From IMG/VR virus record IMGVR_UViG_3300027708_000013: DNA of 64,000 nucleotides. One strand, given 5' to 3'. The notes under the pieces are model-generated. The model saw only the letters and a program-made list of their open reading frames with translations. It made no database searches and had not been told where the DNA came from. Every line of letters begins with the position of its first letter. The first letter of the stretch is position 1. Shown here one piece after another: positions 1 to 8,838 of this stretch. Both the position numbers and the translations under genes were made by a program. This DNA comes from a virus (Duplodnaviria; Caudoviricetes).

Positions 1-293
1 TTGGTAAACGTAAATGTTCCTTGGCCCTTGGTTATGTCACTGAAAGTCACAGGGTAAGTTGTAACTGTTAACTGATTAACAGGGTCTTGTATTTGTGCTT
101 CCACAGTGTATCCAGTTAGATTCACTGCTTTTTGATCTTGGTTTTTAATTACAATCTGCACTGGGTTATCTATACCTTGATAGACTTTAACGGCTCTTGA
201 GTACACTCGGCGATTCCTTGTAGTAAATATAGTGGGGTCGAAAATCTGGACCTCCACCACGATAGAATATAAATATGTTTTGATAGTGATCAT
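1..293 (-). CDS. Probable virion structural protein (BppU/baseplate-upper-like N-terminus), runs off the left edge
   Basis: Not in the ORF track. Manual translation from ATG at 293 gives MITIKTYLYSIVVEVQIFDPTIFTTRNRRVYSRAVKVYQGIDNPVQIVIKNQDQKAVNLTGYTVEAQI..., open to position 1. The YQG..N....KNQDQK.VNLTG pattern is typical of phage baseplate/tail Ig-like proteins. Confidence 0.6.
   Translation of the reverse strand, partial: MITIKTYLYSIVVEVQIFDPTIFTTRNRRVYSRAVKVYQGIDNPVQIVIKNQDQKAVNLTGYTVEAQIQDPVNQLTVTTYPVTFSDITKGQGTFTFT
268..275 (+). promoter_or_regulatory. T4-type late promoter TATAAATA
   Basis: Exact TATAAATA upstream of ORF 296-700. Related (A/C/T)ATAAATA/CTAAATA boxes precede many structural genes (e.g. 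near 316 on minus, 50770, 57645, 58150, 60275, 60980). Confidence 0.55.
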
Positions 294-295
294 TC

Positions 296-700
296 ATGAT
301 TGCCTTTATAACATATTTAGCGAGAAACGTGGAAGAAATTAAACAACTACTAGATCAGTACCCTTATCTTACCCTACTGACCTATGGTGGTGTTGAATAT
401 GTAGGCATTGTGCAAAACAGTGATGAACAGATCACTACAATCTATGATTTTTCAGCACTGAAAACCACAGAACAAAAAGTAAAATTCCTAGAATTGGGAG
501 ATGTTTGGTGGTGGGAAAGCAACAGAATTATTCCCATCAATGTGTTTTTAAAACAGGATTGGACAGAGTTTAAAGCAGTGGTAAAAACAATGAACAGCAA
601 AGATGTTGTGATACAAATTGGACCGCAGGTGAGTTTAAAAGAAATGAGCCAACGTCGCAGCAAACGCCGATCAATTACCCTAGTCAGGCGTGTTGGCTAG
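296..700 (+). CDS. Conserved phage hypothetical protein
   Basis: 134 aa ORF with normal composition and a late-promoter box upstream. The true start may be the GTG near 328. Confidence 0.7.
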   Translation: MIAFITYLARNVEEIKQLLDQYPYLTLLTYGGVEYVGIVQNSDEQITTIYDFSALKTTEQKVKFLELGDVWWWESNRIIPINVFLKQDWTEFKAVVKTMNSKDVVIQIGPQVSLKEMSQRRSKRRSITLVRRVG

Positions 701-1261
701 CAAGTTCATATGTACCACGACTAAATGGCTGTAAGCACACGAGTGAGCTTTTTTAAACGCATACTCGCCATCCGCAGATTTTTCCCAAATAGTTGTTGCA
801 ACTTCGCGCCAAGGTAATCCTATTAAATGTCGCTTGGCCGGACGTATTATGGCCATAAACATCATCAATCTTGGTATACTATCAACTGCTTCGGGCATTT
901 TGATTAGTGTTTCGTAGTGGTTACCAATGTGTATAAGTTGACTACAAAACTCTGGATCGTATAATCTACTCCAGTCGGGCTCTTGTGACATCAACTGTTG
1001 TAAGTGAGCTTCATCTTTTATCTGCGTATATAATGACACGTTGAGAAAGTCCAGTTTGACATAACCCAATTCTTCTGCAGATTTGTAATCAAGACTGGCA
1101 GTGCCGGTAAACGGATCGGTGGGAATTGCAGTCACATATACACCTGTGTTGTGACGTATCAATCCACCATCACGAACTATACCCGCAGGGTGATGCTCCA
1201 GCACTGCCAGTGCCCGAGATCTATCGGGGAAATCTATGTCAATGTCTGAACGAAATTTCAT
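680..1261 (-). CDS. Miniature DNA polymerase III alpha (DnaE, C-family) palm/fingers protein
   Basis: Start MKFRSDIDID at 1261. Motifs SDIDIDF, RHNTGVYV, GYVKLDFL, AIIRP and FKKAHSCAY match DnaE PDxDxDF, HAAGVVI, GLVKFDFL, ALxRPG and FNKSHSAAY. Confidence 0.8.
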   Translation of the reverse strand: MKFRSDIDIDFPDRSRALAVLEHHPAGIVRDGGLIRHNTGVYVTAIPTDPFTGTASLDYKSAEELGYVKLDFLNVSLYTQIKDEAHLQQLMSQEPDWSRLYDPEFCSQLIHIGNHYETLIKMPEAVDSIPRLMMFMAIIRPAKRHLIGLPWREVATTIWEKSADGEYAFKKAHSCAYSHLVVVHMNLLANTPD

Positions 1262-1953
1262 AGTCCTGCCTTGGCCAATATGTCTCGAACCCACTCGACA
1301 TCGGCCAAGTATTCTCGAAACCGCCGTTGCCACGAGTCGGGGTCGATCATGGGCAAGATCATACCTATCTGTTCTTCAGTGACACTGTCAAGAAATTCCA
1401 CACCCGTTGCACAATTAAACACCACCCAAGGACTAATCCTACCGGTGCTAATATGGAAACAAATCCTATTACTGTTGCCATAACGAAAATAGTCCCCAAA
1501 ACCTCCCTTAAGATCTGTATTGCTTTCTGCATATGATTCCATTTCTCGTAATGCTCGTTCCAATGCGTCCGACACTGCTTCTCTTTTGACATAGTCCGGT
1601 AACCATTCTGTGTATAACCCATCACTGCACCAATGATCTATCTTTTTGTTATTTTTCAACAGCCAATCTAAATAGTTGACAAAGTTGATGCAACGTATGT
1701 CCTGACAATATCTACCAAATTTAACAAAGGCGTTGTAGTAAGGACTGGCAACAAAGTCTGCATAACTTTTTAGTCGTGCTGATCCTTGTGTGGTTTCATA
1801 AAAACGCAAGTATGCCCGGAGTCCCAACTGCACACCTGTTTCACTTTCCTGTTGCCAGCGACGCTTTGGCTCACACAGGTGAACACTGAGTGTGCTGAGT
1901 TTTAAAAAACTCTTGTCACAGTACTTACAGGTATTCTTTGATTCGTCGGTCAT
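1258..1953 (-). CDS. Hypothetical protein with N-terminal C2H2-like zinc finger
   Basis: CKYCDKSF...LSVHLCE at the N-terminus; stop overlaps the start of the DnaE-like gene. Confidence 0.7.
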   Translation of the reverse strand: MTDESKNTCKYCDKSFLKLSTLSVHLCEPKRRWQQESETGVQLGLRAYLRFYETTQGSARLKSYADFVASPYYNAFVKFGRYCQDIRCINFVNYLDWLLKNNKKIDHWCSDGLYTEWLPDYVKREAVSDALERALREMESYAESNTDLKGGFGDYFRYGNSNRICFHISTGRISPWVVFNCATGVEFLDSVTEEQIGMILPMIDPDSWQRRFREYLADVEWVRDILAKAGL

Positions 1954-2398
1954 CCCATCCTTGAGATTTTAAATGTTGTTTAAGATCGTCTTTACTATTC
2001 AACCGGGCCAATAATGCAATTTCGTCGTCACGCAGATCAGGGTACAATTCACGCAGTAGTTTTTCTACTTTGTTGTTACTAGTGTCTTTTTTCTTGGGCG
2101 AAATCCACTGGTGAAACTGTCGTCCCATGCCGGGACTCACAGTGGTGGCCAACAACCACTGTAGTTTTTTATGCTGTGTGGTGTTGATGTCAAAGAAGTT
2201 GCGATTGAGTCGTTCGTTGCAACTGATCAAGTAGTAGGCTTGTAATTCTGCCGAGCCCGACACAGTGGCACCATAGCGTATCATGAGAAATGGTGAGAAC
2301 TTTTTACGTTCCTCTTCTGTGAGATCATCATAGAAGTCACGGTTCTTTGAATCAAACTGTGCCATTTCATTTGCGATTGATAGTTTATCTGTTGTCAT
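1925..2398 (-). CDS. Clamp loader small subunit (T4 gp62-like)
   Basis: 157 aa; KKFSPFLMIRY motif, size and replication-gene context resemble gp62. Confidence 0.65.
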   Translation of the reverse strand: MTTDKLSIANEMAQFDSKNRDFYDDLTEEERKKFSPFLMIRYGATVSGSAELQAYYLISCNERLNRNFFDINTTQHKKLQWLLATTVSPGMGRQFHQWISPKKKDTSNNKVEKLLRELYPDLRDDEIALLARLNSKDDLKQHLKSQGWDDRRIKEYL

Positions 2399-2618
2399 AT
2401 TTTAATTTATAGTACATTATAGCAGGCTCTAGTAATTCTTGCAAGCCGGCATCCGTTTGAGCTGTTCTTCTGATATTGATCCACAGTTGATCCTCACGCA
2501 TTTGTTCTAAGTGATCTGCATGCCGGGATGAAACATGATGCAGTTGTCTATCCGTTTCACCCATGTTTCTAACATACACAGTTTCACCCGAATCTGGGCT
2601 TTCGTATATCTTGGTCAT
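2385..2618 (-). CDS. Hypothetical protein
   Basis: 77 aa ORF tightly packed in the operon (KIYESPDSGETVYVR). Confidence 0.65.
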   Translation of the reverse strand: MTKIYESPDSGETVYVRNMGETDRQLHHVSSRHADHLEQMREDQLWINIRRTAQTDAGLQELLEPAIMYYKLKYDNR

Positions 2619-2621
2619 GGT

Positions 2622-3125
2622 TTACCAAACTAAACTGTAGTTGACCACTTCACTTTGACGACTGATGTCTTTGACAAAGTAAGCACACATGGGCCCGTCA
2701 ACACCGTTTTCCAGGGGCACTGCCAACAGTTGTCCAGGCTTGAGTTTGGGAAAATACCATTTGACATCTTGATAAATGTCTACAATTTCCACCGGATAAA
2801 AGTCCGGACGGAAACTGGTCTTGGGATTGAATGCAAAGGCCGAGAATCCCCTATCGTTGATACTTGTCAGGGGTACCACTTCTAAATCGCCCATGTCTTT
2901 TTCGCCAATCAACAGTTGCCAATCCACTGGCATACGAATGGTGTGTTCACCAATCTTCAACACCAGGGCTGGACTGTTGAAGCTTTCCATAAAGATCAAG
3001 GGAATATAAAAGTAGTCTGGATCCTTGGGATTACTGTTGTCCAGCACACAGAAATTGAGTTCGTCAATCTCGTCGGGTATTTCATCTAAGGGATAACTTC
3101 TATTTTCTAAAGTCAAAATTCTCAT
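2622..3125 (-). CDS. Hypothetical beta-rich protein, possibly a degenerate Hint-like fold
   Basis: 167 aa, translationally coupled to uvsW. The fold guess rests on pattern only. Confidence 0.7.
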   Translation of the reverse strand: MRILTLENRSYPLDEIPDEIDELNFCVLDNSNPKDPDYFYIPLIFMESFNSPALVLKIGEHTIRMPVDWQLLIGEKDMGDLEVVPLTSINDRGFSAFAFNPKTSFRPDFYPVEIVDIYQDVKWYFPKLKPGQLLAVPLENGVDGPMCAYFVKDISRQSEVVNYSLVW

Positions 3126-4579
3126 TGCCAGTCTGCTTTCTCTATTGTGTAGGGGTATTGAGCTTCCGTATAAAATTTCTTACGTGCGGTTAAATGTCTT
3201 TTTGCGAATTTACAGGTGCTGGTGATGTCCCAGATTTGCACATGATCTTTGTCTTCGGCTTTTCTGATGCCACGCCCGATGCTTTGTATGACTCGAACAA
3301 AACTTTTGCCCGGCTCAAGTAACACAAGATTAAATATCCTAGGGATATTAATACCCACAGCAGCAACACCATAGGTAGCAATGATAATTTTATCACTACT
3401 GACGGCAACTTCATCGTATTCATCTTTTCTCTCCTGAGCCTTGGTTGATCCCGATACAAACACAGCACGTTCGCCTAAGCGTTCCAACAACAGCTTTCCT
3501 GTGGCAATTCTATCTACCAAGATAAGTGTGTTGCCAGTTTCGTTTACACTGTTTATCAACTGTGCCAGGTAATCAAGTCTACCTGCTGTTTCGGTCAAGT
3601 ATTTAAGCTCGCTTTGGTAGTTGGTATATTCAACGTGGTCTATCAACTGTACTATATTTACGTGACAACGGGCCAGGTGGCCCGCTTCTTGAAGTTCCGA
3701 CGCACTTAATCGACCCACTACTGAGCCTAGACTACAAAAGATACTGGTCTTTTCGTAATCTTCTCGGGGCACGGTACCAGTGAGTCCCCAGCGTATGGGC
3801 ACATGGGCAAACACTCCGGTCAGCAAAGTCTTTAGTGCATCGGCCTTGGCCATATGTACTTCATCCACCATGACCAACACCACACCTTCAATAAACTCGC
3901 CAATGGTGACCTCGGCCTCTGCCGACTTGGTGTTCTTTAATAGGATGTTTAGGCTTTGCCAAGTGCAAATGGTGTGTGTTCGACCAAATTCTTTTCTATC
4001 GCCAAAGTACACTCCCACATCTAGTCCTAGATTTTTGTAGTCGTCTTCGGTCTGTGTCACTAGACTTTTGTTGGGCACAATGACAATGGATCTGCCATAC
4101 TGTTCCACACTGCGACTCAAGGCCGCGGTCATAATAGTTTTGCCAGCACCAGTGGCTATTTCTTGTATACTCTGTGGATTACTTAAAAAGTTATTGATAA
4201 TTTCCACTTGATAGTCGCGAAACACTATGGGTTCGCCGGCTCGGGGATGGCCTGCGGGCCATGTTTGATCGCTGAAACTATCTTCTCGAAATTCTGCAAA
4301 CTCAAACTGTGTGCGGTAGTCACGAACATCCTCCAACTCAACATCGTATCCTTGGGATTCCAGGATGGGCAGGATATCCGGCAACAGGTTTACATAACTG
4401 GTGCCACTGAGTTGAAAGAACGCAACCTTGCCGTCCCATCTGCCCAATCTCACTGCGGGTTGATATCTGGCACCGGGTATTTCAAATTTGAACCGATCCA
4501 CTAGCTTTTTACGTGTGGCCAAATCAAGACCTTCAATCTTGATGTTGACTTCATCACGTATTACTAATTTAGCTTTCAA
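3122..4579 (-). CDS. uvsW: UvsW-like SF2 DNA helicase
   Basis: FRDYQ (Q motif), ATGAGKT (Walker A), DEVH, GLTGT, QSIGRGIR; N-terminal GRWDGK typical of UvsW. Confidence 0.9.
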   Translation of the reverse strand: MKAKLVIRDEVNIKIEGLDLATRKKLVDRFKFEIPGARYQPAVRLGRWDGKVAFFQLSGTSYVNLLPDILPILESQGYDVELEDVRDYRTQFEFAEFREDSFSDQTWPAGHPRAGEPIVFRDYQVEIINNFLSNPQSIQEIATGAGKTIMTAALSRSVEQYGRSIVIVPNKSLVTQTEDDYKNLGLDVGVYFGDRKEFGRTHTICTWQSLNILLKNTKSAEAEVTIGEFIEGVVLVMVDEVHMAKADALKTLLTGVFAHVPIRWGLTGTVPREDYEKTSIFCSLGSVVGRLSASELQEAGHLARCHVNIVQLIDHVEYTNYQSELKYLTETAGRLDYLAQLINSVNETGNTLILVDRIATGKLLLERLGERAVFVSGSTKAQERKDEYDEVAVSSDKIIIATYGVAAVGINIPRIFNLVLLEPGKSFVRVIQSIGRGIRKAEDKDHVQIWDITSTCKFAKRHLTARKKFYTEAQYPYTIEKADWQ

Positions 4580-5432
4580 AATATACTTTGGTTATAGATT
4601 GTCGTTGTGCAATTTCTTTTAACAATTCATCTCTAGGCCGAGTTTCAATTAATTCTGCTACAGGAAACCTCAACGGTAACAGTCGAGGATCTTCAAATTT
4701 AGCAAATCCCTGACTGTTAAAGAACTCTTTATTCTTTATATAGTATTGTAACATATTCTCCAAGGTGCTATCAACCTGAGTTTTAAAAAACCTAACTGCA
4801 AAATCTGCACTGTAAACTCCAAATGGTCGAAATGCCTCCTGGCTGATGTATTGATCTTTATCAAGGGCAAGGTCTTCTAGGGTTTTACCTATCTCACAAT
4901 AGTTTAAGCACACAGAGCCAAATCCAGGATCAAGTGTTCCGTATTCCTCCATCAAATCGGGATCAAGTACATGAACTTTGGGTAGTCCGTACCAAGTACA
5001 CACAAAACGTGGTTGGTTACCTCTGGCTACTGATTCGCAACGGTGTACATTGATATTTAAATCAGCCATGGCTTGTTTAACTGTTGCAGGTGCAGTGTTC
5101 CAAAATTTGTTTGATTGCTGATCTAGCAAACCATGATATTGTTCAAAAATACTGTGTAGATAATTAAGCGTATCTTGATCCTGCACACTGGATATCGTTC
5201 GGGTAATAATATTATTGTGACTGTTGATGGTGTCGATACTGGCCTGTATCATTGCCACAGCACGAGATTCTTCTTGTGCCACACTGTTGAATCCATAAAA
5301 CCTGTCAGGATGGTCCAATGGATACGGCTCTCTGGCCATCATACGTTCCAGCCACTGAGTGGCTATGGGTGTGCGTAACACTTTAAATCGCAATGCAAAT
5401 TGGTCTGAGCCTAGTTCAATACACAATATCAC
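4569..5432 (-). CDS. Hypothetical protein (family with LNxLH...LNxxVHxxE motif; paralog-like to 46661-47437)
   Basis: 287 aa, coupled to uvsW; shares spaced motifs with the 46661-47437 product. Confidence 0.7.
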   Translation of the reverse strand: MILCIELGSDQFALRFKVLRTPIATQWLERMMAREPYPLDHPDRFYGFNSVAQEESRAVAMIQASIDTINSHNNIITRTISSVQDQDTLNYLHSIFEQYHGLLDQQSNKFWNTAPATVKQAMADLNINVHRCESVARGNQPRFVCTWYGLPKVHVLDPDLMEEYGTLDPGFGSVCLNYCEIGKTLEDLALDKDQYISQEAFRPFGVYSADFAVRFFKTQVDSTLENMLQYYIKNKEFFNSQGFAKFEDPRLLPLRFPVAELIETRPRDELLKEIAQRQSITKVYFES

Positions 5433-6565
5433 AATCGTTTTACCTTAGTGTTGTTCTTCTTATTGTACACTTCTTGTGCCACATACACAACCTTTTCGGC
5501 CTGTTGTAACATGTGTTGCCTGTCTCCTCCAAACACCATGCCAACACTGCTGATCAACAATCCAATGGGCCGATCCACAAGTGGTTGCTGTGTATGTATA
5601 TACTGTTGCATTTTAAAAACTTCATCGGTGCCAACTCGTCTTTGTAACTGTTTCAACATGCGATAGGAACTGTTGGGCTCGTAGATCACCACAGGGTAAC
5701 GATTCACAGCTTCAGCATAATCCAACACAGTGTCAAAGTCAACATTGTTGGCAAATGTAGCGGGATCAAGTCTGAGTTCTCTATGCACCAATAAATTATA
5801 AAATTTGGCACCACGTGTGGCCATGATGGATTCGGCAATGGCTGGCTCCACAGTGTAGCCCAACACACCACTCATGTCCACCAGGTACAGCAGGCGATCC
5901 AGGCCAAACCCACCGTGAGAGTTGATGTATTCTCGCAGGCTGTCTGGTGAGTTGCGTATGTCAAGTTGATCCCCGTTGATATACAGTTCTATAGCATAGG
6001 GCTGTGATTCAACCTGATGAATTTGATCCATGAGACTGTGAACAGCTGAGTCGATTTCAAATCGGTTTTTATTGGCCCAAGTGGTTAGCCAACTTACGTT
6101 GTATTCTGTCACTGCCGCAGTCCATACTCGGTGATTTTGATCCCATCTTACCTCACCTTGACTGGTTTTGGAAAAGTCTCTTATGTCGCCGATGTGGTCA
6201 TTGTTGAATGGAAACCGTATCAACAATCTATCTCCGTCGCGGGTCAAAGAACAAGTGTAGTCCAGTTGACGCAAGGGCTGTCTCCATACAGGTTGACGCA
6301 CAGGTTCAACATCAATACCTTGTGCCTGCAACTGTCGTTGGTATTTGAGTACAATCTTGACCAGCAGGTCGGCCTGGCGTAGGGTCAAGGACTGTGATAC
6401 AGAAACTGAAGTGGCCATGCTTTCCAGTACACCAACATCGTATCTGGCCAAGCTGATTATGGGTTTGATGTCGGCCAACCATGGATTAAGCAGTTGTCCA
6501 GACACAGGATCTCTGTGTCCCACTATCACTTCTAAATAATCTTCCACATGAGTAAATTGTCGCAT
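5429..6565 (-). CDS. Hypothetical protein with HARP-like motif
   Basis: LLIRFPFNNDHIGDIRDF...VRWDQNHRVWT resembles the HARP consensus FPY..x..I+.I..R.WD...K.W. Confidence 0.6.
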   Translation of the reverse strand: MRQFTHVEDYLEVIVGHRDPVSGQLLNPWLADIKPIISLARYDVGVLESMATSVSVSQSLTLRQADLLVKIVLKYQRQLQAQGIDVEPVRQPVWRQPLRQLDYTCSLTRDGDRLLIRFPFNNDHIGDIRDFSKTSQGEVRWDQNHRVWTAAVTEYNVSWLTTWANKNRFEIDSAVHSLMDQIHQVESQPYAIELYINGDQLDIRNSPDSLREYINSHGGFGLDRLLYLVDMSGVLGYTVEPAIAESIMATRGAKFYNLLVHRELRLDPATFANNVDFDTVLDYAEAVNRYPVVIYEPNSSYRMLKQLQRRVGTDEVFKMQQYIHTQQPLVDRPIGLLISSVGMVFGGDRQHMLQQAEKVVYVAQEVYNKKNNTKVKRL

Positions 6566-6592
6566 AATGTATTATAACACAGTTGGTTGGGT

Positions 6593-6620
6593 AAAAAAAG
6601 CCCTGCGGTTAAGCAGGGCT
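6593..6620 (-). terminator. Intrinsic terminator
   Basis: Stem AGCCCTGC/GCAGGGCT followed by T7 on the minus strand, downstream of 6669-7169. Confidence 0.8.
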
Positions 6621-6668
6621 ATAAAACTGTGATTCAGGAGCTAGAGAGAATCACAGGAAAAACAACAT

Positions 6669-7169
6669 TTATTCGTTTTCTTTCTTACGTCGAGCAGGGC
6701 AAGTAAAACCAGTATCAGCCAATGCCTGTCTTACTTCATCATCGTTGCACAGTAATGCAATGGCACCAGCCTTCATACCAAAATTCCAAAGTTCACGGGC
6801 CAGTTTCAATCGTTTACAGTTGTCATCGACAAATGTAGTACCACCACCAAAACCTAATCCGGCAATATTAAAACTGCCCGAAGTTGACCCCATACAAGTA
6901 TCAAGACCTGACGTTAAGTTGGGACCATTAACTGATGGTACATTTTTTACAGTGTAACTGCCGTTGTAAGTAACATCACTACTGCCGCCGCCACTGCCAC
7001 CAATATTAATGCTTTGTGTATTGCCAATGCCTGTTGCATTGGGATTGGCAATACTTGTGGCACCTGCATTGGTTGAATTCGCACCAGCACCCACATCCAT
7101 GTTTGTAGTTTGTGCATGAGCAAGGTTACTGACAATGACTAATGCAATTAAGCCGTGGTGTAGTTTCAT
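6669..7169 (-). CDS. Exported protein with signal peptide and Cys-containing C-terminal domain
   Basis: MKLHHGLIALVIVSNLAHA signal (AxA); DTCMGS...NCKRLK...ALLC domain. Confidence 0.75.
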   Translation of the reverse strand: MKLHHGLIALVIVSNLAHAQTTNMDVGAGANSTNAGATSIANPNATGIGNTQSINIGGSGGGSSDVTYNGSYTVKNVPSVNGPNLTSGLDTCMGSTSGSFNIAGLGFGGGTTFVDDNCKRLKLARELWNFGMKAGAIALLCNDDEVRQALADTGFTCPARRKKENE

Positions 7170-7171
7170 AG

Positions 7172-7864
7172 TTATTGTCCAATCACGTTAGTAAAAGTAC
7201 CGTTAAACACACCATTAGCACCAGTTGACCCAACTGCTTGAAACGAACCAGTTAATGCATTTGAAACCGATCCAGTATTGGTAATGCTGTTTTGTGCGGT
7301 TGCACTGCTGGTAGATCCAGTAACAGAAGTTGCACCAGTTGTACTTAATCCAAAAGTCACGCTGGTGGCGTTTTGTCCCACTGCACTGGTACCGCTTGCT
7401 ACTGTACCAGCACCTGTGAGATTCGCTGAACTACCGCTACCAAACGATGATACACCAATGCCACCAGCAGATCCAACTGAGTTTGTTAGTGTACCTGTGG
7501 CACCATTGACACTGCCATCAATAGTTCTTGTGGCAAAACCTGATTGATTAGCAAAAGATTCAGCACCACCTGTGCCTGTACCTGTTACACTGGTTGCAGT
7601 TCTACCAGTTGAACTGATGGAAGAATTAATTGTGCCCACACCTGTTGTGGGATTGATGGTATTGGTAGTTGTGATACCCATGGAGTTACTGGCCGATACT
7701 GAACCGGAGTAACTGCTGGAGCCTGCACCTGTTTGTGTGGAAAACACACTTACGCCACCGTTGATACTGCTGTTACTGGCGCCGGTTACAGCAAAACCTG
7801 CCGCATGACCGGTTCCAGTACCACACAAGCCCGCTATCATTAATGCTATTAGTTTACGTTTCAT
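7172..7864 (-). CDS. Exported Gly/Ser/Thr-rich low-complexity protein
   Basis: Start MKRKLIALMIAGLCGTGTGHA (signal peptide) at 7864; the mature part is almost devoid of charged and aromatic residues. Confidence 0.75.
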   Translation of the reverse strand: MKRKLIALMIAGLCGTGTGHAAGFAVTGASNSSINGGVSVFSTQTGAGSSSYSGSVSASNSMGITTTNTINPTTGVGTINSSISSTGRTATSVTGTGTGGAESFANQSGFATRTIDGSVNGATGTLTNSVGSAGGIGVSSFGSGSSANLTGAGTVASGTSAVGQNATSVTFGLSTTGATSVTGSTSSATAQNSITNTGSVSNALTGSFQAVGSTGANGVFNGTFTNVIGQ

Positions 7865-8042
7865 TTTTACTACCTTTATGTTGAAAAACAATTAAGTATT
7901 ATACCAAAAACAAAATGTCTTTGATACCAAATCAAACACGACTTAACAGCTCACCCGCATAAATTTAGCACAGTCGATTTCAACCTAAAAGCTCTTGACA
8001 TCAAGTTAGCACAGTTGGTACTACTTCTTACATCATACATAT

Positions 8043-8071
8043 ATTATAACAAATCTGGGATTATCAGTCAA
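8043..8071 (-). promoter_or_regulatory. Sigma70-type promoter
   Basis: TTGACT-17 nt-TATAAT on the minus strand. Confidence 0.75.
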
Positions 8072-8083
8072 CTACAAATGTTG

Positions 8084-8386
8084 TTATATTGCTACAATTT
8101 CTATAGTAGCACCAGCAACCTCCGCATCACGTTTAAAACTTTCAAATACACTTCTAGTGTACGCACTCATGCCTTCACTACCTTTGTAACACTTGTATAT
8201 TGAACCTGAATAACCAACAACATCATAATGGTCACCTTGATCAATCACCTGTTCAATACCCGAGTTCATTCTCCAGCTATCAGAACCGGCATATCCGCCG
8301 TACCAACTACCAAGTACCTTGCGAATTCGACCGTGTTCGCTGTTCATTTCCACTATAACCCAACGGTCTGGTGTATATTCACTCAT
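8084..8386 (-). CDS. Conserved phage hypothetical protein
   Basis: 100 aa; YTPDRWVIV...KVLGSWYGGYAGSDSWRMNSGI. Confidence 0.75.
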   Translation of the reverse strand: MSEYTPDRWVIVEMNSEHGRIRKVLGSWYGGYAGSDSWRMNSGIEQVIDQGDHYDVVGYSGSIYKCYKGSEGMSAYTRSVFESFKRDAEVAGATIEIVAI

Positions 8387-8574
8387 TTAATTTCTCTCGC
8401 CGCCATCATGGCATCTGCCACATCATATGCTTCTCTTGCTACAAAATGTGCGGTTTTACTGTGTGTAAGTGCATGTGTAACAATCGCGGGCACGGCTTGA
8501 GCCGCAAAGTAATCTCTTAGGTCCATGCCTTCGTCCCATACTCTTTCTGAATTACCTACAGGAAATGCTTTCAT
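8383..8574 (-). CDS. Small phage hypothetical protein
   Basis: AFP...GMDLRDYFAAQA...AYDVADAMMAAR motif; ATGA overlaps on both sides. Confidence 0.75.
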   Translation of the reverse strand: MKAFPVGNSERVWDEGMDLRDYFAAQAVPAIVTHALTHSKTAHFVAREAYDVADAMMAAREIK

Positions 8575-8828
8575 TCTTCAACTCCAAAAGTTTTTCTAAT
8601 TTCGTATTCCACCAAGTGTAATGCGCCATTGTAATCTGTATACAATTCATCTGTAGTCCAAGATCCATCTTCATTCCTATCTATCAAACCGTCCACCGCA
8701 GATAAACATCGTTGTACGATCAACTCGGCAAACTGTTCCACAGTGGGTGCCAATGCTGTTTCTGATTCTCCAATGATGCCTGCTTGTTGAGCTAATTTGA
8801 TAATTTGTTGGTTCATAATGTTCTCCAA
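8571..8828 (-). CDS. Small phage hypothetical protein
   Basis: IIKLAQQAG...EQFAELIV motif; coupled overlap. Confidence 0.7.
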   Translation of the reverse strand: MENIMNQQIIKLAQQAGIIGESETALAPTVEQFAELIVQRCLSAVDGLIDRNEDGSWTTDELYTDYNGALHLVEYEIRKTFGVEE

Positions 8829-8838
8829 AAAACTGCTG

